From: Eledone cirrhosa
Lineage: Eukaryota
Assembly (NCBI GenBank): GCA_964016885.1
Contig: OZ024743.1
Span: 109,368,001 to 109,432,000, forward strand
DNA length: 64,000 nt
Direction: 5' to 3'
Positions 40,640 to 52,310 of the stretch are shown piece after piece. The notes under the pieces were generated by a model. That model was not told where the DNA came from and did no database searches. It saw only the letters and a program-made list of their open reading frames with translations. How positions within the stretch are numbered: position 1 is the first letter of the stretch; every line of letters starts with the position of its first letter. The translations under genes were made by a program, and so were the position numbers.

Positions 40640-43118
40640 GATAGAGATTATAAATCAGCCATAAGAATAAATGAGTACATATATAAAATCGGCTGCGAGA
40701 CAACATAATATATCTGGAGTGGAAAACGCAGTGACGTTTAATACAAGGTTGTGAAAGAAATTGGGGAAGTAAAATGTGGAATGTGAAGATATTAGGTAAG
40801 TGAATTGAAATGTAGAGGGGGGTGTTACTGGTGTATGTGAAGTAAGAATAAAAATAAAATTAAAAATAAAGTTAAAAATGAAAGTAAGTCAGAAAGAGAA
40901 ATCTGTAAAGAGGATAATTTGAGGAAAGTGAAGAATAATAGTTTATGGAGGATAAGTATCTGAAAGTGAGTTAAGTTTATATGAGCTGGAAAGCAAGTGT
41001 GATTTCATGTCTGTGCAACTGGTGAACATTTCTGTTTTTGTATTTAGGCAGGTTTTTGGTGATTTAAGGTTCTGTAAAAACCAATATTTTTCACTTATGC
41101 AGAGTATGCATCTTCTTGTTCCTCTTGCATATTCTTTAGATTGGTTCAAAATTGACCAACCCAGTTTATATTGGATACCTTGGTCTTTCAAATCCCATAT
41201 TCTGCTAGCCAGAACTGTTGTGAATCTTTTTTCTGGATGTCGGAAAGATGCGACATGTGAGTAATAACGCGATTTGAATTTGTCTTGTGTCATACCCACA
41301 TATCGTTCGCTGGTGGCTGGTTGGTTGTTGCTGATGGTTGTCACTTTAGCCGCATATACAATGGCTTTGCTGTTGCATTTACCTTGTAATGGGCATACAC
41401 TTTTGACTCTACAGGAACAATTATGATGTTCTCTGGGTGATTTTTTATAGATGATATAAGATTTAATAGCGGGACCGCAGCAGTAGCTAATTTTGACATA
41501 GTTTCTGTTGAAGATCTTATAGTATCTATGTGTTCTAGGGAAATGTTTATCTAAGAGCTCTAGGAATTTTTTGCCTACATTAGTTTTAACTGCTAGAGAT
41601 TAGAGGGGTGTGAACCACATTATTTTTATTTTCCTATTATTATGTTTAAAAGAGTTAGTATTGTTGGCTATGCACTTAATTGGTTCGCTAAATCCGCTAT
41701 TTTGAAGGGCTTTATTATAGTATGTGGATGCCTTATTGAAAACAGCTTCTGAGGAAGAGAGGGTGGAGATCCTACGGCTAATATTAGGGATAAGGTTTTT
41801 AAAAACTATAGGACGATGGCAAGAGCATTTATTTATATATTTTAAGTTTTCATTAGGGTTATGGTATTGTTTATAAGAAGCAGTAGGCAAATCTAGGTTT
41901 ATATCTTGAAAATTAACATTGGAAAGGTTAGTGTCAATAGTAATTTTAAGATTAAAACTAGCGAAGGTTTTTATTAAGTCTTTCCTTAGTCTATCTAAGT
42001 TATGACCTATGGTGGTACGGGAAAGTATTAGACCATCGTCGTGATAAAGCCCAAAAATATGGTTAGGGAATTTTTCTTTAAGTGTGTGTAGGAGGAATAG
42101 GCCGACTAAATCACAAACATCAGCACTGTCAAAAGAGCCCATTGAGACATCGAATGGGTTCTCTGTGTCAGATATTTTTACCCAAGTGTCATTATCAGTA
42201 ATGCAAGATGAGATTCTCTTCAATATCAGAAATATTGGTAAACTTTCTAGCGAAATTTAAGGCTTTCGCTAAAAGAATCTGAGTGATAGGCGGGTAGAAA
42301 TCTACAATGTCAAATTGGGTGAATCTAGAACTATTTTTGTCTTTAATATTATTAAACCAATGTACTACGGAACAGCTATTTATCCATTGGAGTAATTCAG
42401 ACTTACTTCTAATCTGTGTGTTTATATTATTTAAATTGTTTTGCTGCCAAGACCGATATCATTCTTAGCAGGGTTGATTAATCTACAACTAGGACGATTA
42501 ATAAAGTCTGGTTTGTGATCTTTAAGGGTGCATTACGTTTAGCAGGGTTTGCTGCCCTATTATCTATTTTTAAAGAACTAGCTAATTCTTTAGCTTCCTT
42601 ATTTATATTATTATACGTGTTTATATTAGCTATTTGGTATTTAGAGGTGATGTTATCTATTAAGAGTTGGTCATGTAAATTATTATTAACTTCGTATAAG
42701 TTTTTAGTTTTGTCGGAGAAAATGAACTTATTTTTAGAAGATTTGAATACTGAAATATCATTAGATAGTTTAGATTGAAAAGGGTTAGAGTACTTACGAA
42801 AATTGATATTGTTGATTAGATTAACTAAGTCTAGTTCAAAAGCGGTCATATATTTTACTCTTTGCGGGTATTTATGAGTTTTGATATCAAAATGTTCCGT
42901 AGAGTCCGTGTTAAAGTGTCCATCGAGAATCAAAGCTTTCCATTTCATTCTTTTAACAACTTTCTCTACTTTGTCTATCAGCATTTTCTTGTAGGAAGTG
43001 TTGGAAGGTGTTGGTATATTCTTGATAGAGTAATCCAAAGGATATTTATCCATGTTCAGTATTGGTTTAAAATCATATTGACTGAAGAGTGCTCGACTTT
43101 AAAAGGGCTGGAAGGTGC
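40640..43118 (-). mobile_element. Penelope-like element, near-complete ORF (RT + C-terminal GIY-YIG), disrupted
   Basis: [93 protein letters not shown]. The pattern resembles the 'Hydra' PLE group (assignment is inference). Confidence 0.93.
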
Positions 43119-43145
43119 AGCATATTCTACATTTCTATGAGATTG

Positions 43146-44311
43146 GCACCTTCCAGCCCTTTTAAATTTTTAAAGTCGAGCAATCTTCAGTCAATAGGAT
43201 TTTAAACCTATACTGAACATGGATAAATATCCTTTGTATTACTCTATCAATAATATCCAAACACCTTCCAACACTTCCTACATGAAAATGATGATAGACA
43301 ATGTAGAGAAAGTTGTTAAAAGAATGAGATGGAAAACTTTGATTCTCGATGGACACTTTAACACGGACTCTACGGAACATTTTGATATCAAAACTCATAA
43401 ATACCCGCAAAGAGTAAAAGATATGACCGCTTTTGAACTATACTTAGTTAATCTAATCAACAATATCAATTTTCGTAAGTACTCTAACCCTTTTCAATCT
43501 AAACTATCTAATGATATTTCAATATTCAAATCTTCTAAAAATAAGTTCATTTTCTCCGACAAAACTAAAAAGTTATACGAAGTTAATAATAATTTACATG
43601 ACCAACTTTTAATAGATAACATCAACTCTAAATACCAAATAGCTAATATAAACACGTATAATAATATAAATAAGGAAGCTAAAGAATTAGCTTGTTCTTT
43701 AAAAATAGATAATAGGACAGAAAAACTAGCTAAACTTAATGGACCCTTAAATATTACAAACCTGACTTTACTAATCGTCCTAGTTGTAGATTAATCAACC
43801 CTGCTAAGACTGATATCGGTCTTGCCAGCAAAAAAAAATTAAATAATATAAACACACAGATTAGAAGTAAGTCTGAATTACTCCTATGGATAAATATCTC
43901 TTACGTAGTACATTGGTTTAATAATATTAAAGATAAAAATAGTTCAAGATTCACCCAATTTGACATTGTACATTTCTACCCGTCTATCACTCAGGCTCTT
44001 TTAGCGAAAGCCTCAAATTTCGCTAGAAAGTTTACCAATATTTCTGATATTGAAGAGAATGACATCTTGCATGCTAGAAACACTCTACTCTTTACCGATA
44101 ATGACACTTGGGTAAAAATATCTGACACAGAGAACCCATTCGATGTCTCAATGGGCTCTTTTGACAGTGCTGATGTTTGTGATTTAGTCGGCCTATTCCT
44201 CCTACACACACTGAAAGAAAAATTCCCTAACCATATTATTGGGCTTTATCACGACGATGGTCTCATACTTTCCCATACCACCATAGGCCATAATTTAGAT
44301 AGACTAAGGAA
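43146..44311 (+). mobile_element. Inverted duplicate of the 5' ~1.15 kb of the adjacent PLE
   Basis: The ORF at 43219-43794 is near-identical to 42478-43053 (-); 27-nt spacer at 43119-43145. Confidence 0.95.
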
Positions 44312-44784
44312 TAGATAGACCCGTCACCGTACGATACACGCACTTATACCTAGTATAATGGTCCCTTTATTTCCGTCCGACCTAGTTTATTTTTATTATT
44401 ATTATTTATTTTTTTATTCTTTATTATATTTTTTTTTATTTATTTATCTATTCTTTTATTCACTTATTTTTTTATTTATTTATTTATGTATTTCTTTAGC
44501 CCAGCAATAGCGAGAGACTTAAGTCTTAGTAACCAGACTTTGTTTTTTTTTTCATTCTCAGTACTTTTTATAGTTTTACCCTCATTGTTCTACTTACCCT
44601 TTCGACTTCCTCCCCCTCCCCTCCATCCTCTTTGACCTCACGCCCAGCTGTAGCCGGCACAACCAGCGCTGAATGGGTCTACTCCACCCCCTCTCCCTTC
44701 TACCGGCAGGTTTAGCTACCCCTTCCCCCACGCATTTGCTATCACAGATTTACTACTAACTTGTGATGTGACCAATCCTGGTGA

Positions 44785-44995
44785 TTATTTCTTTGACCAT
44801 ATATGGAATTACCCCTTGATAAGCTCGGCTATTTCAATACCAGAATAAATTTTCATTCAGTCCAGAATTAGCCGTCGAAACGGCTTGAGCTCAGCCGCTG
44901 GGGTCTTACTTGTTCCTATTACCCACTCTACTACCTTAAGTATTGAGTACTTTGGTGCGTTATGGGCCACCTGGTTCCTTACCACATTTCCTTCG

Positions 44996-44997
<2 letters not shown>
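44785..44997 (+). mobile_element. pLTR-like element (family A) with degenerate hammerhead, ending in (TA)n
   Basis: ACCCC-TTGATAA-..CGGCTA...TAGCCGTC-GAAA-CGGC.TTGAGCTCA.GCCG-CT-GGGGT (44811-44904); the sister copy at 49696 has TC at the cleavage site. Confidence 0.75.
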
Positions 44998-45055
<58 letters not shown>

Positions 45056-45064
45056 ATATATTTG

Positions 45065-45144
<80 letters not shown>

Positions 45145-45154
45145 TATATATATG

Positions 45155-45185
<31 letters not shown>

Positions 45186-45194
45186 ATATGTATG

Positions 45195-45225
<31 letters not shown>

Positions 45226-45230
45226 ATATG

Positions 45231-45305
<75 letters not shown>

Positions 45306-45326
45306 GTATATATATATATATATATT

Positions 45327-45376
<50 letters not shown>

Positions 45377-45403
45377 TACATATATATATACATACACATA
45401 TAT

Positions 45404-46906
45404 ATATTGTTATATTTTGGGAGGATAATGTTGCCAATAAGAAACACACGCACCACATGCTTTCACTTCAATTTATTATAATACATTTATAAATTTACTA
45501 ATTTATACATTTCTGGTTGGTTGGTCGGTTCCACAACCAGATAGTTGTTTATATATTGTCAAAGTTCTTTCGTCACACATTCTGTGACCTCTTCAGTGAC
45601 TGGAGATTCTTTTCCTTGTTTTTGTGCCTCTCCTTTGTTCTGTCCTACGCCATTTTGTTTATGTGTGTGTGTTGTGTGCTCAGTCAGTGCATGCGCCACA
45701 TCCGGATGTCTGTGTGTGTTTATATTTGTTTATTTATTTGTTTATTTACATGTTACCGGTTGGTTGTTTGTTCTATGTGTGTGTGTGTTTTCAATTTGTC
45801 CTTAATTGAAAGTTGTGATGTTGCTGTTCTACTCATATTTTCTATTTAATTTTGGTTGTAATTCTTTTATGTTTATTGCCTCTGTGATTTGTCTAAACAA
45901 TTGCGTCTTTTCTGTGTGTAGATTCTATTTTTATTTCTATGTTCTCTAATTTACCCTTGTGTTCTATTTTAGCATGTTGGCAGAGTACAGATGATTCTTT
46001 ACTATCTTGAAGGTCTCGCCAGTGTTCATTTATCCGTTCCCCTACACTACGAGCTGTCTCACCTATGTACGCTATATTTTTGTCTCTACATTGTCCTTCA
46101 GTACATCTTATGCTATACACTGAAGGACAATGTACTGAAGGACAATGTAGAGACAACAATTTAGTGTACATATACAAATATAGTGTACATAGGTGAGACA
46201 GCTCGTAGTGTAGGGGAACGGATAAATGAACACTGGCGAGACCTTCAAGATAGTAAAGAATCATCTGTACTCTAACAACATGCTAAAATAGAACATAAGG
46301 GTAAATTAGAGTACATAGAAATAAAATAAAATCTACACACAGAAAAGACGCAATGTTTAGACAAATCACAGAGGCAATAAACATAAAAGAATTACAACAA
46401 AAATTAAATAGAAAATATGAGTGGAACAGCAACATCACAACTTACAATTAAGGACAAAATGAATACACACACACACATAGAACAAACAACCAATCGGTAA
46501 CATGTAAATAAACAAATACATAAACAAATATAAACATACACAGACACCCGGATGTGGCGCATGCGCAGAGTGAGCACACAACACACAAACAGAAACAAAA
46601 TGGCGTAGGACAGAACAAAGGAGAGGCACACAAACAAAGAAAAGTATCCCCTGTCACTGAAGAGGTCACAGAATGTGTAACGAAAGAAATTTGACAATAT
46701 ATAAACAACTATCTGGTTGTGGAACCGACCAACCAACCAGAAATGTATAAATTCCTAAATTTATAAATGTATTATAATACATTGAAGTGAAAGCAACTGG
46801 TGCGTGTGTTTCTTATTGGCAACATGACCCTCCCTAAGTATAACAATATCATATTCAACACACGATTTCAGATAAAGAATCTTGCTAAACAAATTCAGAA
46901 ACGAAA
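45404..46906. mobile_element. Fold-back PLE 3' end (family B): GIY-YIG fragment plus pLTR, inverted
   Basis: ~700-bp arms centred near 46120; VYSIRCTEGQCRDKNIAYIGETARSVGERINEH (GIY-YIG); HHR in each arm; 57-nt tail 46850-46906 on the right arm only. Confidence 0.92.
46548..46605 (+). promoter_or_regulatory. Candidate pLTR promoter: ETS-, NRF1- and YY1-like motifs
   Basis: CCGGATGT (46548), GCGCATGCGC (46557) and AAAATGGCG (46597), 50-100 nt upstream of the HHR. Confidence 0.45.
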
Positions 46907-46942
46907 TATATACATATATATATATATATATATTATATATAT

Positions 46943-47133
<191 letters not shown>

Positions 47134-47323
47134 ATATATATACACATATATATACATGCATATATATATATATATATTCCGCCTCCGTGGTATTTTCTTC
47201 GGGGTTATAAGATGCATACCTCTGTTTCTCGACAGTTATATCGCGTGACTATCTCCCCCTCCGCCTTTTGGGATTCTTTCTCACGTCATGTAGGCGCGTT
47301 CTTGAAGCTAGTAAAACGAGGTA

Positions 47324-47413
47324 TCCTCTTGATGAGTCAGCAGACCTTGCAACAGCTCTATATCTTTATGATGTATTGTTTTTGTTTATGCCACGAAACT
47401 ACGTAGTCGAGGA
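47324..47413 (+). ncRNA. Type I hammerhead ribozyme, family C unit 1
   Basis: TCCTC-TTGATGA-GTCAGCA...TGCCAC-GAAA-CTACGTAG-TC-GAGGA; palindromic stem III, GUC site. Confidence 0.75.
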
Positions 47414-47916
47414 ATCTAGGAGCAGTTTAGGTATGATACATTTTATTACTAATTATATCTAAATGTTTCTTCTCTCTTCATAATGTATTCTTAACTCTGA
47501 TACTGGTTCAGTCTAATTCAACCGGATTGGTCTGTCCTGGTAATTCATTGAGCAACATCGGTAAGGTTGGCACCATTAACTCACGGTTGGATGTGGATGC
47601 ATTCATGTATATGTGTGTGTCCGCATGTATCTGTGTGTTTCTAAATATATTGTTCATAACTCCCTCTGGTCGAGTAATCTTTGAAGTGTGGTGACCGATG
47701 GAAAGCTGCCATTACTCATACTTCTCGCCCCCTTCACCACCTCTTCTACGGCTTCGATATAAATACCCCCTCCGCCTCCGTGGTATTTTCTTCGGGGTTA
47801 TAAGAGGCTTAGCTCTGTTTCTCGACCGTTATATCGCGTGACTATCTCCCCCTCCGCCTTTTGGGATTCTTTCTCACGTCATGTAGACGCGTTCTTGAAG
47901 CTAGTAAAACGAGGTA

Positions 47917-48006
47917 TCCTCTTGATAAGTCGGCAGACCTCGCAAAAGCTCTATATCTTTATGATGTATTGTTTTTGTTTATGCCACGAAACTACGTAGT
48001 CGAGGA
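47917..48006 (+). ncRNA. Type I hammerhead ribozyme, family C unit 2 (U3-A8 core)
   Basis: TCCTC-TTGATAA-GTCGGCA...TGCCAC-GAAA-CTACGTAG-TC-GAGGA. Confidence 0.78.
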
Positions 48007-48075
48007 ATCTAGGAGCAGTTTAGGTATGATACATGTTATTACTAATTATATCTAAATGTTTCTTCTCTCTTCATA

Positions 48076-48111
<36 letters not shown>

Positions 48112-48179
48112 TTATATACATATATATACATACATAGATATATATATATACATACACATTTATATATATATATATATAT

Positions 48180-48248
<69 letters not shown>

Positions 48249-48324
48249 TTTCTGAAGGTAGCTAAGATGCTTAATAAATTGAGTTCAGATACATCACTGT
48301 TTTTTTCGTTTTATATTATATATA

Positions 48325-48370
<46 letters not shown>

Positions 48371-49335
48371 TGTGTCCATGTGTATTTGTATGTTATGTAT
48401 GTGTATAAGTGTGCGGGTATATGAAATTTACGTTAAATATTTCGTATTTAGAGGCGTAGTATATAAATTGCTCGCAATATGAATGCTGCTGCTGAATGAC
48501 ATGTAAGAAAACTCTAGTTACATTATTTGTTTCGTTCAGCTAATGCTGTGGTGTAGATGCCCTTGTGATGTTTGTGGTGATGTTGGTTGTGCTGGTTGTG
48601 GTGTTGTTGGTGATAGTAACTGAGGACATGATGTAAAAGTTACGTCAACATCTCTTTAAACATCCGAAGGCTACTTCACGTAGTATGACCGAATCTACAT
48701 CTAGATATTTTAAATATCATGTATAAATCCTAAATATTTTCATTTAAATATTAAAAGTCTGCATTATCTAATGTGCATATCATTCCTTTCATAATTACCA
48801 GCATTGAGGTGTTGTTTAAAGCATCAGTTTTAAGAGTTTGCATTTGAATTGGAATCAAAAGTAATATGAGAGGAAATGGAATACGTGATCACAAGGGCGT
48901 CACAGTGGGTGTAAATTTGAAGCAACATTTTATTATTGAATTTTTACTACATTGTTCTTATTCCATCCTGGTCCTAATTAACTATTCATTAAACACACAA
49001 AAAATGAACTGAAACTGAGGACGAATCAATTGGTTCCCTCATCATGATGTATCCGGTTGAATTGGTAGAGTATTTCGTAGAATCTAGAAAACAAAATAAT
49101 TCAATAAAGTTGGTAGAATCAACTGTGTTAAGTATATGCTCTTGATAATGAATTCAAAGTTTAATTTTGTCCTACACGTGACGAACTACTGAGACAGTAG
49201 CACTCTGGATCACCATTAACAGAAATTTCATATTCGATGCAATATTTCGTCTCCACTTAAAAACTGGTGTGCATTGTGCATTTAGTTCTTCATATATACT
49301 CGTATGTATGCATTTTATTATTATTCGTATAAATA

Positions 49336-49512
49336 GCGGTGGATTGGAAGTATCGATAGAGGGTCGGACGCCATGCTTTGACGCATAGATTTACAGCCCT
49401 TGCCTTTCTGAGTTCAAATCCCACCGAGGTTAAATTTGCCCTCCATCCTTACGGGGTTATATATAATCCTCTGGTTTTTTGCTGGCCTTGTGCCAAACAT
49501 AGAAACAATTAT
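49336..49512 (+). mobile_element. tRNA-derived SINE with TSD
   Basis: A and B boxes; TTATTATTCGTATAAATA on both flanks. Confidence 0.9.
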
Positions 49513-49695
49513 TATTCGTATAAATATCCGTCATTGAAAAAGCATATAAATCTAAAATCGGTACACGATTAAATGCGGAAATATTTATTTATAAATAAAT
49601 GTTTTGATGTTATACTGAAAAAATCCATCTAGCATTGTCTACCCTATTGTTTTCCTATTTACTATTTGTTTATATATATATATGACTCGTCCATA

Positions 49696-49827
49696 AATAG
49701 CCGTCGAAACGGCTTGAGCTCTGCCGTCGGGGTGGTCTAACATTTTCCTATTACCTACTCTACTACCCTAAGTATTGAGTACTCTGGTGCGTTGTGGTCC
49801 ATCTGGTTCCATACCACAACTCTCTCG

Positions 49828-49830
<3 letters not shown>
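49696..49830 (+). mobile_element. 5'-truncated family A element (3' half of the HHR plus tail) in (TA)n
   Basis: AATAGCCGTC-GAAA-CGGCTTGAGCTCTGCCG-TC-GGGGT...TAAGTATTGAGTAC...CGT(TA)n. Confidence 0.8.
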
Positions 49831-49917
<87 letters not shown>

Positions 49918-49934
49918 AAGGAGTGTAACGCTCA

Positions 49935-49999
49935 GTTCACCCGGGTGAGCACTGTAGGTTCACCCGGGTGAGCACTGTAGGTTCACCCGGGTGAGCACT
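49935..49999. repeat. 23-bp palindrome-containing tandem repeat, ~2.8 copies
   Basis: GTTCACCCGGGTGAGCACTGTAG at 49935, 49958 and 49981 (partial). Confidence 0.95.
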
Positions 50000-50431
50000 C
50001 GATGTTTAGGTTCGCTTCTGTATCGAAGTGTAGAGATAGACAGAGTGTAGTATAATAAAATAAAAGAAAGACGAGCCACGGGTACATAGTCAGACTAGAT
50101 CGATACAGATCGAACATTCAGCTGATCGGTGGCGAAACGCGCGTCACCAACCATTAAACGCAATGTAGGACTAACCACTCGTCCTTTTATTTATTTAAAT
50201 ATATATATATATATATATGTGTGTATGCGTGTGTGTGTGTGTGTGTGTGTGTGTATAATTATATATGTATATATCAATTGAGATGTAATCAATCTGATTA
50301 CTCGATACTTCTACAACATCGGTGGCGTAGAGCGGAGAGCCTGGAGTGCATGGGTGACTGCTGATCTTCCAGAAACAAACTAGCCCGGAATTGTGCCTTT
50401 ACCCTTTACACACACGAACACACGAACACAG

Positions 50432-50508
<77 letters not shown>

Positions 50509-50614
50509 TATATACAAAAATAAATATTCATGAATGTGTCTATGTATATATAATATATATATATAAATATATATATATATTATATATACATATAGGTATA
50601 TATAGGGCGGGTAA

Positions 50615-50835
50615 AATTCCAAGGACGAGTTCTCTCCAGCGGTCTCTGTCTGTCATTATCGCTGCCAAGTCCTGCGTCTTCGACAGACCAGTGTCTGTCC
50701 TTAGTGCATATGTTAACTTCGTTCTTCCTCTTCCAGTGTGTCCATGCAGGGGCTCCCACATGAGCACTGAATGAAGTGTCACCTCTCGATGTCGGTGAGC
50801 ATGTACAGCTAACTTCAGTCTCCTCTGTGTCACTT
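50615..50835 (-). pseudogene. RTE-like LINE 3' fragment
   Basis: QRRLKLAVHAHRH..LMWEP.HG..GRGR...DTGL....L...MTDRDRWR is typical of the RTE ORF C-terminus. Confidence 0.8.
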
Positions 50836-50840
50836 TATAT

Positions 50841-51420
50841 AATAAAACAGATTTTCACTCTACATGGATGAATACAATAAATGTAATCTGAGTTTTTCGA
50901 ATATTAATAATAATATTCGATTCGTTTGCAAATATGCAAACAAGCCTAATTTTTAAAGCCATGTCAGTAGAACGAGTCCCTCATTCTTGTTCCTGTGTTG
51001 GCATGTAAACAGAATTGCAGACACTAATGTTTCTGGGTATTACCCTTGACCACTACAGTTCACTGTATTTTTTTCTATTATTTGAATATAGCAAAGCCGG
51101 TCATATTCAAACAATTGATCGCACGTATACGGGAAATTGATTGGCCAGTCTGCTGATAGGCAAATTAGGCTGATCACTCACAGTATATTTTAGAAAATAT
51201 CATGTATTTTCTCTAGTTCTGACAGTTGACAGATGAAAAGTGAACTGAACTGATGAAGGGTAATACCCAGAAACATTAGTGTCTGCAGTTCTGTTTACAT
51301 GCCAACACAAGAGCAAAATTGAGGGGCTCATTCTACTGACATGGCTTTAATAATGAGTCTTGTTTGCATAATTGCAAATGAATCGAATATTATTATTAAT
51401 ATTCGAAAAACTTAAATTAG

Positions 51421-51425
<5 letters not shown>
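50841..51425. mobile_element. Fold-back pLTR element with spacer
   Basis: ~185-bp inverted arms 50877-51063 and 51239-51425; ~36-nt tail on the left arm; the right arm runs into (TA)n. Confidence 0.85.
51242..51291 (+). ncRNA. Type I hammerhead ribozyme
   Basis: GAACTGAA-CTGATGA-A.GGGT.AAT.ACCC.A-GAAA-CATTAGTG-TC-TGCAGTTC: core intact, stem I 7/8, near-palindromic stem III, GUC site. Confidence 0.88.
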
Positions 51426-51499
<74 letters not shown>

Positions 51500-51502
<3 letters not shown>

Positions 51503-52166
51503 TAGACTATAAACTCAAATAGTCTTTTACAATTAAATATCTCAAATTATGTTAAATCAAGACAGGCAAACCGTATTATTTTAATTAGTATTTTTTAATC
51601 TAGCTAACTTGGTCATTTGCAATGCAAACACATGTATACTTGTATCAGTGTTTATCCCTATCATATTATCATTTGTATTACACGGCTCAGAAATATTCCT
51701 TTCTTTGAGCTATTTAATTGTAAAAGACTATTTGAGTTTATAACTCTATATATAATATTCTCAGCTCCATATGTGAGCTAATTTTTAGTAAAACCGGCTG
51801 CTATTTTAAGCGGCACGAGTATGGAACGTGCTAGGCACTGCGGCACATGTGCGTTCAACAACACATTTCTCTCAGTCTTCTTAATTATTTTGAAGTGAAA
51901 CTTACCAATTTCTGGATACCTGCAGAAGAGCACAGGAATAGGAACTTTCACTTAATTGTCGCGAAACAAATTTAAAATTTAAAATTTAAAATGTGTCCAG
52001 GTATCACGGCTATTGCCAATATAGGTTTGTCTTTATTGATTTATTATTTTAAATCGAGGCAAACCGTATTATTTTAATTAGTATTTTTCAATCTAGCTAA
52101 CCTGGTCATTTGCAATGCAAACACATGTATACTTGTATCAGTGTTTATCCCTATCATATATTCATT

Positions 52167-52170
<4 letters not shown>
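51500..52170 (+). mobile_element. Tandem pLTR-like element between (TA)n arrays
   Basis: ~115-bp direct repeat at 51564-51678 and 52057-52170. The first copy continues into a tail (to ~51750) that resembles 39260-39320; the second ends in TA. Confidence 0.75.
51915..52005 (+). ncRNA. Degenerate type I hammerhead ribozyme
   Basis: GATACCTG-CAGAAGA-GCACA...TGTCGC-GAAA-CA..(ATTTAAA)3..TG-TC-CAGGTATC: perfect 8-bp stem I, one core change (U4A). Confidence 0.7.
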
Positions 52171-52240
<70 letters not shown>

Positions 52241-52264
52241 TTTAAATACACACACACACACACG

Positions 52265-52310
<46 letters not shown>

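Larger units (their letters stand above)
47178..48078 (+). mobile_element. Tandem 593-bp-period non-coding hammerhead element (retrozyme/pLTR-like, family C) in (TA)n
   Basis: 47178-47486 repeats at 47771-48078; each unit carries an HHR; TA arrays at both ends. Confidence 0.9.

Noticed and set aside
43075-43110. CTGAAGA near the PLE inversion centre as a hammerhead
   Set aside because: It is antisense to the element and has no GAAA or closing stem.
44320-44783. Possible LINE 3' UTR after the inverted PLE arm
   Set aside because: It looks repeat-derived but has no diagnostic motif or second copy in the window.
49935-49999. CRISPR-like palindromic repeats
   Set aside because: The units are contiguous and identical with no unique spacers, there are no cas genes, and the context is eukaryotic.
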